Shown: positions 12,201-27,200, numbered from the stretch's first letter. The stretch is 64,000 nucleotides of DNA from Balanoglossus misakiensis (GCA_040954595.2 CM082591.2:1649745-1713744); one strand, 5' to 3'. Notes: generated from the letters alone by a model not told the origin. Made by a program: numbers and translations.

Positions 12201-15200
12201 TTTCTTTATCTTTCCTCAGTTTCTCTCTCTGTCTTTGTTTACTTTTCCATCTTTCAATTTCCATCTTCAGTTTCTCAGGTTCCATGTCCTTCTTTGTCTT
12301 GTACCAGCTCTGTGAGTGGACGTGTACGGGATATGCGCAAATATCAGTTTTATGTTATATTTTGAGAGCAAATAAATCAGCAATACCAGTAACCCCCTTA
12401 TTAACGGTACAGCCCATTATCACCATTGTTATTGAGCTATTCTATTATTAGTATAGGGGTGGCATACCTTTGGTACCCCAGCTTCTTTCATCAATCTCAT
12501 CTGTTCGGATTCAGTTTCTGCTGCTGAAACGACCAATGGGGTTTGTTGCAGTGGAGGCAGATTTGAGAGATCATACAAGTCAGCCCCTTTCACACTTGAT
12601 CTGAATTTGACCATAGGCACCTCAGCGATGTCTGGTGTTTCTTCGATTTTACTCATCAGTGCTACGTGCGTGAAGAGGCTGTTATCTCTGTCTGGTTCCT
12701 CAACCTGTGTTGGAAGAAAACATCATAACAATTCGAAGTGGACAAATTGGTACATACATACATGCTGATACATATACATATGTATCGGCTGCACGCCGTG
12801 ATACATACATATACACATACATAAAATAAAGTGTTTTACAGTATTCATGTACATACACACACAGTTGTACGGTATACCATATACGCACAGACAAACATAA
12901 CTATGAACATGTACACACAACATACTTTTTACATACAATTTACAATTGTACACTGGTATACTCACGTCCATACTGACAGCTGATGTTAAGCTCTCATATG
13001 AGCTGACCAATTTGACTGGTCTGGCCAGGTGATAACCTTTAGGTCGTCTATCCGGTGGTATGTCTTCAATTTTTCTGGGTTTGATGCTTAGGCTATCACC
13101 ATCACCTTCAGATATAACACTGTGAGAGGCAAAAGAAGGTAAATGGTAAATATAAATGCTATGTTTACTGTTGTTTAAGAATGGAAAACAAAATTGGAGG
13201 GGCTAACACCTGTCCAAAAGGTGTGTACTACCTTAGTGCTACATGTTCAGTTGTCGAATTTTTAACTTAGTACTGAGGGGGCTATTACCTTGATTGATCA
13301 ATACTATCCGGTGTCCTCCGCTTGTTTTGATAATTTCCGTTCTCCAATGCTTTGTTATCCAGGATTGTTTCTTGGATTTGACCATTGTGAAGACTAGCTG
13401 TACTTAGATCTGTAGTTGGTGCAACAATCTCTCCTCTCTCTATATCAATACGCAGGCCCGCCATGTCAATACTTGTAGTTTTTCCGTGCTATTAAAGGAC
13501 AAAAAAGTTAATAAACATTATGCGACAGCATAGAAACTTATTGACAACTGTGTTTCATTCCTTGAAATCTGTTTTAATTCTACTTGTACAAGTTCATATT
13601 GAATGACAGTTAATTCTTGTTACACACCAGCCACTTTGATAATAACATGAGTGTTGGTGTAGACTAGTACAGGTAGTTAAATAGTTAAAAAACACCCATG
13701 CAGTAACAATAACTGTAAATGTTTAAACATACACATCTTTTGCTAACTAGTACATAAGGTATTAGTTCCAAAGGTTGGACCTCTAAAGAGGATACTGGGG
13801 GTGAAAAGGTTAACAGCGAATCTACGACATTTTCAAAATTTTTCATAAAAATTTTTCACAAATGTGTACTCAGTAAGTCGTCATGCTTTATTGCAGATGA
13901 CAGTATTACATATTTCACCAGAATAAATATCACAACACAATGCAACAGTTGTCAGGGCAACAAACACAGATTGGTTGCTATGGATTACCGGTACATTCTG
14001 CACAAAGAGATTACAATATGTTCAACACACTTTACATATAAATACAGTAACTGCTGTTTGGTTAAGATGGACAACTGCAGCTAGTCTAATGGGATGAAAG
14101 TCTAAATTTTGGATATTTTAGGGGATTTCGTTGCATTTGAATGTTACATGTACTGTACCAACTACTTGAACATGCATAGTTTAAAAAAATACCTTTCTTC
14201 AATTCTAATTTTAAACAAATTAAGTATTCATTCAAAATGTAATTATAACCTGCTTTTGAAAACAAAAAAATCGCAGGTTGCATTATATTAGTGTAAAGGG
14301 ACCAGACATGGAGACAGAAAGAAAGCATGCTATCACACCTAGAGGGAGAAAAGTACTGACTTACTAGACTAAGGTCAGTAAATGACTCAAAGACCTGAAG
14401 AGAAATGAGTTGACACGAATATAGGGAAAGAGAGAGAATAGAGTAGAAGTTTTATGACAAGATGATCATCCAGCAACAAAGAATTACACACATGTTGAAA
14501 TATTCTGTATGTTACCATATAACCAACAGGAAGAAGATTCATATTTTGCTCAAGGCAAATTTAGATAATTCTCTCCTAAAATTAAGTATAAAAACTGGGC
14601 ATCAATGTGCAAAATTTTGAATGGAAGAGAATTAAATTTCAAATTCAAAATGGCTGCCAATCCCTATGTTAACTATATGGATTTTACCTACCATTTTGCT
14701 CTGTTGTTTCTTCTTGCTGACCGCTTCCTCACCGACATCTTTCCCTGATTGACAGTAACCTCTCTTACAGCAGCAATAGATAATTATAATAATTATAATT
14801 AGGAGAACAATAGCTGACACCACACCCACAACTATCCAGACCCAGTTGTTGGTGCTTCCATCGTCCACCGGGATATAAGTTGTTGGCGGCGATGTAACCT
14901 AAAGGAAACGCATCATTAAAAAATTAGTTTTTATTTACATACACATGTGGCTATCTGAGAACAGCAGTAAGTGAAAATAAAAACCATTTATTTCAGAAAT
15001 GGGACAGATTGATATAAAAAATCACGAGAGCTAGATCCACCTGAAAGATATCAGGTTTACAATGCTGCTGCTTGTTGTCACTGTTAAAACACATTGAGAT
15101 GTAACCTGTACTATCTAATGTTCTATATATGAAATAAATAAATATTATTAATCCCAACATACCACATGGCCAAGTGTAGCACTCATTTCTTCTGAAGAAA

Positions 15201-18200
15201 TGGTGGAGTAGGCAGCAGTTGCCTCCGTTGCTGGAACTGTTTCACCACCCGACATCACGTAAAATACGATATTAAACTCATCATTTCCCAATGGTGTTCT
15301 TTCAATAATCTGAGAAACAAAGAAGACCAATATAGTGACCTCAGTTGCTAAAATAAATTATTGATGTAAGGAGAACAATGTAGAAAAATGGTCGACATTC
15401 TAAAAATCAATGCTCTCAAAAGGTTCCTACTATACATGTGATGTGTGCTGTTTTTGTACATACTGATAGATTATTTCACGAAGGCCACAATTTCTGTAGC
15501 TGAATGAATTACTTCTGCCATTGTTGGAGAGTATTCCGGATGACAGAATGATTTATGGGCTCTGAGTGAGGAAACGTTTCCTTTAAAATGTGCTGGCAAA
15601 AAATCTTATCAAATTAATCTGCGCTTCATATATATTGTACAAGAGTATTACTGTGATATTCGGCTAAAAGTTGGACAGTTTCAGTTTGAATTTTGCTGGG
15701 AAATCAAGCTGTATACAGGTATCTGTGATCACAATCTCATCATGTCATGACGTCAAAGCTGAATTTAAGTGGCACGAACTATTCTTGTTAGTGGAAACCA
15801 TATTGCAGTTTCTCATTAAAAAAATTCAGACAACCACGAAAAATCAATCTTTCAGGAGTGATATGTCCCTTTACAAATACAGAACGCCTGTCAGCATACA
15901 CTCAAAATGTCTGACCTTTCAGTGATAATAACAACAATATTAACCTTCACTGCTTTTCCGTTATAACCATGTACACAGTGTCACAAGGCACTGTGATTTA
16001 TAGCTTACTGATATACAAGCATATGGAATGTCTTACTCACCTAATAATAAAAAATTCCAATAATCAAATTCCTTCTACTGACAGTTACATTTTAGCTCAG
16101 AAGTCAGAAAAAGTATGCTCCAAAAATTCAGAAAACTCCACATATTGGAATTGGTAAAAAAAAATCAACGCGGCACTTTTTTCATGCAGGTATACATATT
16201 GCACAGAGGACAAACATATTAGCACTGATACCATCTGAACTGATTAAACCCTTATACTAAAAGTGTGACACACACATCAGTATGATCACACACAAAAGTG
16301 GATGTTTCCATTCAATTGAAGATTTTCCAAATTCTATAGACTGGACTAATCCAGCACCACATGTTGGTGTATTGATTGGTTGTACGCGTTCTGAAAAGCT
16401 TCAAGTTGTGATGGCTTTAAAACCTGTTTGCGATTAAAACCACAGCAATTGCCACATCACTAGTTTCTATGTTTTGTATTTCCATTCCTTATTTACTTAC
16501 CAAACTGATCTTCACTAATTATGAACAAATAAGGGGAGAAATTCTGACAAAAGATAGTTTGCATCTATTCATTTCACACACAAAAATGAATGAATTAATA
16601 TTTATTTTGGTTTTTCTGTTACATGTTAAAGTACATAGGAATTTGTATTTTCCATGTTTCTAGTGTTTGGAATTGGGTTTAAACTCCAAAATGTTAATAA
16701 AAATAATTATTATTACTTACAGAAACGTCTGTGTCACTTGGCGCAGGTGTGGTCCCACCATCTCCCAGAGCTCGGATATCACGGTGCTTTGTAATCATGC
16801 TGGTCCCATCTGAATGACTTTCAAGTTGTCCCCTGCTTCTGAAAAGAAATCCTCTGGCTTTCTTGGAAACCTGGGCTGTAATGTGCATGATCTTCTGATA
16901 CAGAGTAACAAGTAGTGAACTTTCATTGCGTCTACAGAGAGTTGTCACGCACTGGTTTGTCAAACTAGACTTTCCTGGACCATGTTTACTTTGAGAAGCA
17001 AACACCCAAGGAATAGCTGCCGATGTACCATTCCCAAATTCCAGAATGTTTCTTTTCCTTCTGCTTGCACCTTCCGCAGAGTTCAGATTGTCCACGCCTG
17101 TGTCATACAGAGCTGCCAGGTCTTTCTCAATTTGATTCCAGACTTCTTCATCATTCGGATCACTGTCTAGAAGTTTAAGTGACATTTGAACCCAGAAACT
17201 TTCATCAGGTGTTGTGACATTTGGTGTAGTTGGTGGGCTAGTTGGAACAGTAACAGTTGTTGGATATCTGGAGGATGAGGCAGAAGTAATTCTTGTTGTA
17301 GGTACTGGAGTTGTGACTGATGTTGTTCCTTTGGAAGTCAGGTATGTTGTGGGTGCCCACGATGTCATATTAGATACAGGTGAAGTTGTTATTACAGTTG
17401 GTGGTATTGTTGTCCAGTTGGTTAAGGGCACTGCAGTTGTCACAGTTGCTGATGGTTCAGTTGTAATATTGATGGGCAATTCAGTTGTCACATTTGTTGG
17501 TGGCTCAGTTGTCATATTGGATGGAGGTTCAGTTGTCAACTGAAATGGGGGCTCAGTTGTCACATTCCATGGTGGCTCAGTTGTCATATTGGATGGTGTC
17601 TCAGTTGTCACATCCCATGGTGGTTCAGTGGTCACATTTGTTGGTGGCTCAGTTGTCATGTTGGATGGTGGCTCAGTTGTCAACTGAAATGGGGGCTCAG
17701 TTGTCACATTCCATGGTGGTTCAGTGGTCACATTTGTTGGTGGCTCAGTTGTCAACTGAAATGGGGGCTCAGTTGTCACATTCCATGGTGGTTCAGTGGT
17801 CACACTTGTTGGTGGCTCAGTTGTCACATTCCATGGTGGTTCAGTGGTCACATTTGTTGGTGGCTCAGTTGTCATGTTGGATGGTGGCTCAGTTGTCAAC
17901 TGAAATGGGGGCTCAGTTGTCACATTCCATGGTGGTTCAGTGGTCACATTTGTTGGTGGCTCAGTTGTCATGTTGGATGGTGGCTCAGTTGTCAACTGAA
18001 ATGGGGGCTCAGTTGTCACATTCCATGGTGGTTCAGTGGTCACATTTGTTGGTGGCTCAGTTGTCACATTCCATGGTGGTTCAGTGGTCACATTTGTTGG
18101 GGGCTCAGTTGTCATATTGGATGGTGGCTCAGTTGTCAACTGAAATGGGGGCTCAGTTGTCACATTCCATGGTGGTTCAGTGGTCACATTTGTTGGTGGC

Positions 18201-21200
18201 TCAGTTGTCACATTCCATGGTGGTTCAGTGGTCACATTTGTTGGTGGCTCAGTTGTCATATTGGATGGTGGCTCAGTTGTCATGTTGGATGGTGGCTCAG
18301 TTGTCAACTGAAATGGGGGCTCAGTTGTCACATTCCATGGTGGTTCAGTGGTCACATTTGTTGGTGGCTCAGTTGTCATATTCCATGGTGGTTCAGTGGT
18401 CACATTTGTTGGTGGCTCAGTTGTCATGTTGGATGGTGGCTCAGTTGTCAAGTGAAATGGGGGCTCAGTTGTCACATTCCATGGTGGTTCAGTGGTCACA
18501 TTTGTTGGTGGCTCAGTTGTCACATTCCATGGTGGTTCAGTGGTCACATTTGTTGGTGGCTCAGTTGTCATATTGGATGGTGGCTCAGTTGTCATGTTGG
18601 ATGGTGGCTCAGTTGTCAACTGAAATGGGGGCTCAGTTGTCACATTCCATGGTGGTTCAGTGGTCACATTTGTTGGTGGCTCAGTTGTCATATTCCATGG
18701 TGGTTCAGTGGTCACATTTGTTGGTGGCTCAGTTGTCATGTTGGATGGTGGCTCAGTTGTCAACTGAAATGGGGGCTCAGTTGTCACATTCCATGGTGGT
18801 TCAGTGGTCACATTTGTTGGTGGCTCAGTTGTCACATTCCATGGTGGTTCAGTGGTCACATTTGTTGGTGGCTCAGATGTCATATTGGATGGTGGTTCAG
18901 TTGTCATGTTGGATGGTGGCTCAGTTGTCAACTGAAATGGGGGCTCAGTTGTCACATTCCATGGTGGTTCAGTGGTCACATTTGTTGGTGGCTCAGTTGT
19001 CATGTTGGATGGTGGCTCAGTTGTCATGTTGGATGGTGGTTCAGTGGTCACATTTGTTGGTGGCTCAGTTGTCATGTTGGATGGTGGCTCAGTTGTCAAC
19101 TGAAATGGGGGCTCAGTTGTCACATTCCATGGTGGTTCAGTGGTCACATTTGTTGGTGGCTCAGTTGTCACATTCCATGGTGGTTCAGTGGTCACATTTG
19201 TTGGTGACTCAGTTGTCATGTTGGATGGTGGCTCAGTTATATTGGATGGTGGCTCAGTTGTCACATTCCATGGTGGTTCAGTGGTCACATTTGTTGGTGG
19301 CTCAGTTGTCATGTTGGATGGTGGCTCAGTTGTCAACTGAAATGGGGGCTCAGTTGTCACATTCCATGGTGGTTCAGTTGTCACATTTGTTGGTGGCTCA
19401 GTTGTCATGTTGGATGGTGGCTCAGTTGTCATGTTGGATGGTGGTTTAGTGGTCACATTTGTTGGTGGCTCAGTTGTCATGTTGGATGGTGGCTCAGTTG
19501 TCAACTGAAATGGGGGCTCAGTTGTCACATTCCATGGTGGTTCAGTTGTCACATTTGTTGGTGGCTCAGTTGTCATGTTGAATGGTGGCTCAGTTATATT
19601 GGATGGTGGCTCAGTTGTCACATTCCATGGTGGTTCAGTGGTCACATTTGCTGGTGGTTCAGTTGTCATATTGGATGGTGGCTCAGTTGTCAACTGAAAT
19701 GGGGGCTCAGTTGTCACATTCCATGGTGGTTCAGTTGTCACATTTGTTGGTGGCTCAGTTGTCATGTTGGATGGTGGCTCAGTTGTCAACTGAAATGGGG
19801 GCTCAGTTGTCACATTCCATGGTGGTTCTGTGGTCACATTTGTTGGTGGCTCAGTTGTCATGTTGGATGGTGGCTCAGTTGTCAACTGAAATGGGGGCTC
19901 AGTTGTCACATTCCATGGTGGTTCAGTGGTCACATTTGCTGGTGGCTCAGTTGTCACATTCCATGGTGGTTCAGTGGTCACATTTGTTGGTGGCTCAGTT
20001 GTCATGTTGGATGGTGGTTCAGTGGTCACATTTGTTGGTGGCTCAGTTGTCATGTTGGATGGTGGCTCAGTTGTCAACTGAAACGGGGGCTCAGTTGTCA
20101 CATTCCATGGTGGCTCAGTTGTTATATTGGATGGTGGTTCAGTTGTTATATTGGATGGTGGCTCAGTTGTCAACTGAAATGGGGGCTCAGTTGTCATATT
20201 CCATGGTGGTTCAGTGGTCACATTTGTTGGTGGCTCAGTTGTCATATTGGATGGTGGCTCAGTTGTCAACTGAAATGGGGGCTCAGTTGTCACATTCCAT
20301 GGTGGTTCAGTGGTCACATTTGTTGGTGGCTCAGTTGTCATGTTGGATGGTGGCTCAGTTGTCAACTGAAATGGGGGCTCAGTTGTCACATTCCATGGTG
20401 GCTCAGTTGTTATATTGGATGGTGGCTCAGTTGTCAACTGAAATGGGGGCTCAGTTGTCACATTCCATGGTGGTTCAGTGGTCACATTTGTTGGTGGCTC
20501 AGTTGTCATTTTGGATGGTGGTTCAGTGGTCACATTTGTTGGTGGCTCAGTTGTCATGTTGGATGGTGGCTCAGTTGTCAACTGAAATGGTGGTTCAGTG
20601 GTCACATTCGTTGGTGGCTCAGTTGTTATATTGGATGGTGGCTCAGTTGTCAACTGAAATGGGGGCTCAGTTGTCACATTCCATGGTGGTTCAGTGGTCA
20701 CATTTGTTGGTGGCTCAGTTGTCATGTTAGATGGTGGCTCAGTTGTCAACTGAAATGGGGGCTCAGTTGTCACATTCCATGGTGGTTCAGTGGTCACATT
20801 TGTTGGTGGCTCAGTTGTCATGTTGGATGGTGGCTCAGTTGTCAACTGAAATGGGGTCTCAGTTGTCACATTCCATGGTGGTTCAGTGGTCACATTTGCT
20901 GGTGGCTCAGTTGTCATATTGAATGGTGGCTCAGTTGTCAACTGGAATGGGGGCTCAGTTGTCACATTCCATGGTGGTTCAGTGGTCACATTTGTTGGTG
21001 GCTCAGTTGTCATATTGGATGGTGGCTCAGTTGTCAACTGAAATGGGGGCTCAGTTGTCACATTCCATGGTGGTTCAGTGGTCACATTTGTTGGTCGCTC
21101 AGTTGTCATATTGGACGGTGGCTCAGTTGTCAACTGAAATGGGGGTTCAGTTGTCACATTCCATGGTGACTCAGTTGTCATATTTAATGGTGGATCAGTT

Positions 21201-24200
21201 ACTGCATTAGTTGAGGGTGATTCAGTTGTCATATTCGGGGATGGATATGTTGGTGACTGAAACAATTGTTCAGTTGTCATGTTTGTTACTGGTTGCATTG
21301 TCAAAGTTGATGGTTCACCAGTTGTCATGTTAAATGGAAGCCCTGTTGAGTATTGAGGAATATCTGTTGGTAGCTCAGTTGTTTCATTTGAAGGCACTTC
21401 GGTTGTCGAAAATTCTGAGGACTCAGTTGAGTTTGTTGGTGTTTCGCTAGTTGGTGCCTCAGTGGTTGCATTCACTGGAGGCATACTTGTATACTGGGGT
21501 ACTTCCCTATAAACCTCACTGCTAAGCATTATGCCAGTAGTTATACTGGTGGGAGACGGTTCAATTGTCATCATCATGTCCGTCAAAGGTGATCGTACAG
21601 GTATCGATGACAGACTAAAGCTTGCAACCTCAGTTGATTGTGACAACTCCACAAATGACCCTGTACTTGTTGCCGAAAACCACAGTATATCTGTGTCCAA
21701 TGGTGGTGTTGGTGTAGTAGAAGCTGTGAATACAGGTACACTATTGCTTGAATATGTTGGTTCTAGTACCATGGTGTTCGGAATGGATACAGTGGGTTCA
21801 ATTCTAATGCTGTCCATAGCTGATCCTGTAGGTACTAGTCCAATACCATCTCCTGATGTGTATGCTGGTGTAGAAACTGGAGAATCCCCTGTGGTAAACA
21901 GCTCTGTTGCCATGGATACTACTGTCTTGGTTGGTTCAATTAGAACGAATGATGGCTGTAGGTAATTAAAAATAAAGTTTCATGTTAAATACACAATCAG
22001 AGAAAGATATAAAAAGGGTTACACATGTACTTTACATCATCTGCATATTGACGTTTACCATTGGATGTCTAAAGCTTAGTCAATGGCATCTGCTTGGAGT
22101 ACACATGCACCTGCTTTTAATATCTCTTCATCTCAAAGGAACTAAAAAGACATAGGGTTACTACAAAGCATATACTGCTAGGAAACCAACCTGGGTAGTT
22201 TAATTTGTCTGCAGGAATTAAGGGTAACATGATAAGGTCACAAGATTTTGACAGACCTGAGTTGTCATCTGGGAACAGGATGGGATTGGGATATCTTTAA
22301 TGGGGACCCTGATACCTGTACTTCCAAGAAAATTACTTGAAAGTGGTCACCATGATGAGCTGGAGTAAAAGTGCTATGAGAGAAGTTGCTGTCATATTGA
22401 CACCAAATTCAGCGGACTTCCCAGGTATGTCACCGGTGGGAATGATATGAGTGGACTGGAAATATTCACCAAGGACTGGGGCAGATGGCATTCCAGGAAT
22501 TCACCCACTTTGAATGGTAATCCTGCCACCTAGAATACTGTATGGTATCATTGTACTTGCCAATGTCGGGCTCACTGGTTTGCTCATACTTATGATGGAT
22601 GTCGCACCCTGAGACTCAAAGGACGATTGAGAAAGCTCTACTCCAGTCAGGAAGCTGGTGGTCTGTACTAGATGTGTATACAGAGTGCTGGTATTACTTG
22701 TGAACAGATAACTTCTCCTGGATATCTGTGATGTCTCAAGTTCCTCATCAAATTTTGAAGACTTTTGCATGCTTTGAAAACTCCCAATGCCACTTGGATG
22801 CACTTTTTCACTTGATGACGGAAGTTTTATCTTAAAGCTTGAGGTCGCAACAGATGGAAGTACTCTTGATACTGGACTAACACTGTCAGATGCATATTGG
22901 GTTTCAGAACTTAGGGACGGCACTAACAAACTGAGTGTGGGATAATTGGAGTAAGTCAGTGTCTGTAAATATGAACGATCTGGAGATAAAACAGGAAGAG
23001 TAGTTTCTGATGGCAGAAAAGTTTCTGAAGCTGACGGAACAAACTTGGAGGAGTCCCTTGGTGCATGGTCTTTTGTTGAGGACATGACTTCCATACTGAC
23101 AGGGGACGGAGATCCTTCCATTATTCCTGAACTTGACTGTTTTGTTGCCTTTCTAGACTCCGTCTGCAGCATTTCTGATTCAGTAATAAAGCGAGTTAAA
23201 CTATATCTGTCTACATTGCTGGGTAGTGTTTTTGTTCTTACTGTCACAAGGTTTGACATTTCTGAACTCTCTTGCACTGGAGTTGGGGAGTGTACTATTT
23301 CTGATGCTGTACTGCTGAACATGTTAATTGGACTTGTGAATGAAGAGAGTTCTGATCTGGTGAGAAAAGATTCAGTGGGTTTGAAACCACCTGTTGGCAT
23401 GACAGTGTCAAGAGTAACAGTGTACAGCAGCTGTGAAGATTCCGATATCTGAGATTGTTCTGGATGACTACTGATGCTGTCCACATAGTCTGTTAACATC
23501 CTGGTGTTCTCGACTTGAGAATCAGACATCCTACTCATGCTTGGTGTCATCAAACGTGAAATCATTGTTGGTGACACTGAAAACGAGACTACTGAATCAG
23601 ATGCTTTGGATGTTGGAATATCAGAATATGTCCCTGTTTGTAGCTGAGAAAGATCTTGAGATAAAACTGGTTGACTGGTTTCAGATGGTGCTAAAATAGT
23701 TGACGCTGTTGTATGATATTTGGGAGTGACTCTTGGTGCATCCATTGTTGTTGACAGAGTTGCTTTCATGCTACTGATGTAAGAAGATTCTTGCATTTGT
23801 CTTGAACGTGATTGCATACTCACTTTCGTAGATTCAGTTGGAAGCATTTCTGACTCAGAAATAATGCTGGTAAAACCATATCTATCTGAGCTCCTTGTTA
23901 AAGGTGTGGTTTTGACAGTTCTAGTGTTAACAGTTTCAGAATCCACCATGTATGGATATGATGAGCTGGCCAATTTTGTCCTTTGATTGCTTGCAACCGT
24001 AGTCATGAAGGATGATGGTACTAGTTTTGAGAGAAGAGATTCTGTTGGTTTAATTTGTCGTGTTTCCATGACAACACTGGTAGTGAGAAACTGTTGCATG
24101 GATTCAGAAGTAATCCTGGATAAATTATCTTTGACTGAGCTGCTTAGTAAAGGTGGTGTTTCTAAGGTCCTGGTGTGAACACTTTCAGAATCTTGTGTAT

Positions 24201-27200
24201 TGCTGTTTAGTGTCACTGTTCTGAGTTGTGATATCCTAGATGTGACTGTTAAATCTGAACTGACGAGAAGAGGCTCCTTTGAGTTCACAGATGGAAGAAG
24301 AGTTAGACCTGGAGTTGTTATGATCTGTCTGGTTTCCAAGTTCACTGATGTAGAATCTTGATAATGGTTAACTGTAATGTCACTCGAAGAAACATCTTTG
24401 ATGGCAGGAGACAATGTTTCAAATCTCAATGGAAGTTCTGGTGTACTGCTACTATGTGTCATTGTTCCAAGTTGTGATGATCTGGATGTAAACATTGTTT
24501 CTGAACTAACGAGGCGAGGCTCTGTTGATATCATAGATGCAAGAAGTGTTTGATCTGGAGTTGTTACAGTCTGTCTTGTTTCCGAGTTCACTGATGCAGA
24601 ACCTCTATAATGTCTGGCAGTGCGACTTGTCATAATCGGTAATACATCCAAAGTGTTCAAACTTTCAAAAGTTTCTTTGGTACTATGTGAAGGCAGTCCA
24701 GTTGAACGTTTTAAACCTTCTTTGGAAGATTCTGCGAATACACTTGTTTCGAAGACACGGCCACTTGAAGCAGGGTATAAAAAAGTATAAAAATTTGAAA
24801 TTGTTATATATTCTTTCGATGCTGTCTCTGAATGCGTAGAAATGCTGTCCAAGGCACTGGTCTTTGGTGTAGTCATTAAAATTGTACTTGCTTGGGATCT
24901 GTAACTCCGCGAATTGACATCACCATCTGAAGTGGTTATTATTTTTATTGCACTGGTAGAAGTTGGTTCTCTTGTCAGATGTATTGCACTGGGTTCAACT
25001 ATTGCACTTGTTGGCACAAGAGAGGGGGCTGTGACCTCTGAGGGTGCCAGGAAATCAGAAATCATAGCTGAAGTTTTGGCACTGTTAGCATTTGTGGAAA
25101 AGGATGGTGTCGGAGAAATGGTTCCGCGATTGAAGTCTCTGATTGGTGAAACTACTGAAGTCTGGCCAGCAGCATTGACTGAAGATGTTTCACCTCCTAA
25201 TTGGGTATATATTTCTGGCTTTGCAGAAATAGAAATACCTCCCACTGATACAAGCGGAGATGGTTCAATGTCTCTATGTATGGAACGAGTCAGTTCATGA
25301 GATGATGATGAAGGAACCTTAAATGTTGAAGCACTGTGAGATGTCTGCAAATGGGCAGCATCTGACACAGCAGTCTCAGCACTCAGAAATTTAGAAGGCT
25401 CTGTCGGATGATATAAGCTGTTTGAAAAACGATATGCAGAATTTGTTGAAGATGTTGCAATCAGCTGACTTTCACGTGAGAGAAGCTGTTCAGCAATACT
25501 GCTTGCAGGTTGGGAATCTGGATGTGAAGTTAATAGCACCGAAGTTTTGGAAAACTTAGAAAAACCGTACTTTGAATTTGAAGACGCAGTTGACGCTTTG
25601 TAAATGTCATTCGTAAACAATAAACTACTCTCAGATTGTCTGATTGGTACACTACTGGTCTGTCTACTTTGCTCAACATCTTTTGTTTCCATGCCAACAG
25701 ATGAAGTGCCTGACATGCTGTCTGTTATATGCATCTCCCTCTGTGAGATGGTGGGTGACGCTCGCCCAACTGTCACTGGCTCGGACGGTTCGAGTTTGTA
25801 TAAGGAACGCATGCTGGTTACCATGGAGATGACAGGTGATGCAGACTCGTCAGAAGTCTGAAATGCAAAAATGAATGAACATTCGTTGATGTGGAAGCAG
25901 GCAATGGATGCAAACCGGAAACCGACGGAGAGAGCATACAAGATGAGGGAATGAGATGATGGTACTGGAGAGACAGTCAGACAGACAGACAGATACATGC
26001 AGACACATGAAGAAAGGGATGGTGATGTAATTGTGAATGATTCCATGCTTGATGAAAAATGCATAACATTAACAATCCGTGCAAATCACCCTCATCCCAG
26101 ACATGACATTAATCTTGCAATTTGTTGTGTATAGCAAATTTGCTAATTTAAACCAAACTGTAACTTTGAACATAGATAATGGACCTGTTGTTCATATCTA
26201 ACATCACATGTGTACATAAAACTTTTTAATGCAATTGACGTATCGAGAGATGGCACAACAGCGCCCTCATACCGAGCAAATCATATTCTTTTGTTTTATA
26301 TAAGACTTTATAAAAAAGGAAGTGTTGTATAGATCAGATAAAGATCATGTATGGCGACAAATATAAGAATGCTAACAATGTAAGAACAAATATTACTGTA
26401 CATTGCATTATGGTGAAATAAAAATTGCTCCATTACAGAACAAGATAAAAGACATGCAGAGTGGTACAAGACTCAATGAAAGTTCCGTAAAGAAATAAAA
26501 AGCAGCTTATCTGTTACCATGGAAATACAGTTGAGCAAAAGAGATGACCCACACAAACAAACACACAAAAGTGCAGATGAGAAATAAAAATACAGGCAAA
26601 AGCTTTATTTCTGTTAGTGTGATAAAGAATACAGAACAGCCCCTCAAAATATGTACAAGCAGCCACCCCTGTTAGTTGATGTAATGGTACGGCCTTCCAT
26701 GCATGAAACCTTTGCAATGGAATGTTTCATTTTATGAAAGGTGAGATTTCATCAAGCTGTGAGATGAGTAAGAGTTACAGTGATGTGTTGGATGTTGCAT
26801 GAGAATTGATTGACCGTTTTATGCAATGCTAAACTCCACACACAAGACAGTGAAGACACCATGCAAAGACAATCGAGAAACAGATTTTCGGCATTTGGAA
26901 ATACAATCATATTTATATCAGTTGTTACCTGTATTATAACATCTGAAGAAGCCATTTCCATGACAGGCCGACCTCTAGCTGTAAATTTCTCTGGATCAAC
27001 TGCTGCTCGACTGGGAATCTTCAAAATATCACCACGGCCCCCTGCTCCTTCTGCAATAATAAAAATATTTAGTCGCATGGTTAAAAACAAACAAAACAGC
27101 CAACTACACACATTTTCTTTTCTCATCACGACATGACTCATATATGAATGTAAGAGTTCCACCACAATCGCAATGACTCAATGTTTACACATATGCTTTA

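Noticed and set aside
17485-21210. Plus-strand ORFs (VAQLSHSMVVQW... and WWLSCH... repeats)
   Set aside because: Antisense shadows of the 24-bp coding repeat; the minus frame is the continuous one and has proper splice sites.
22501-22503. Selenocysteine or programmed readthrough at the in-frame TGA
   Set aside because: No SECIS recognised, no redox motif, and the downstream frame stops again after 55 codons.
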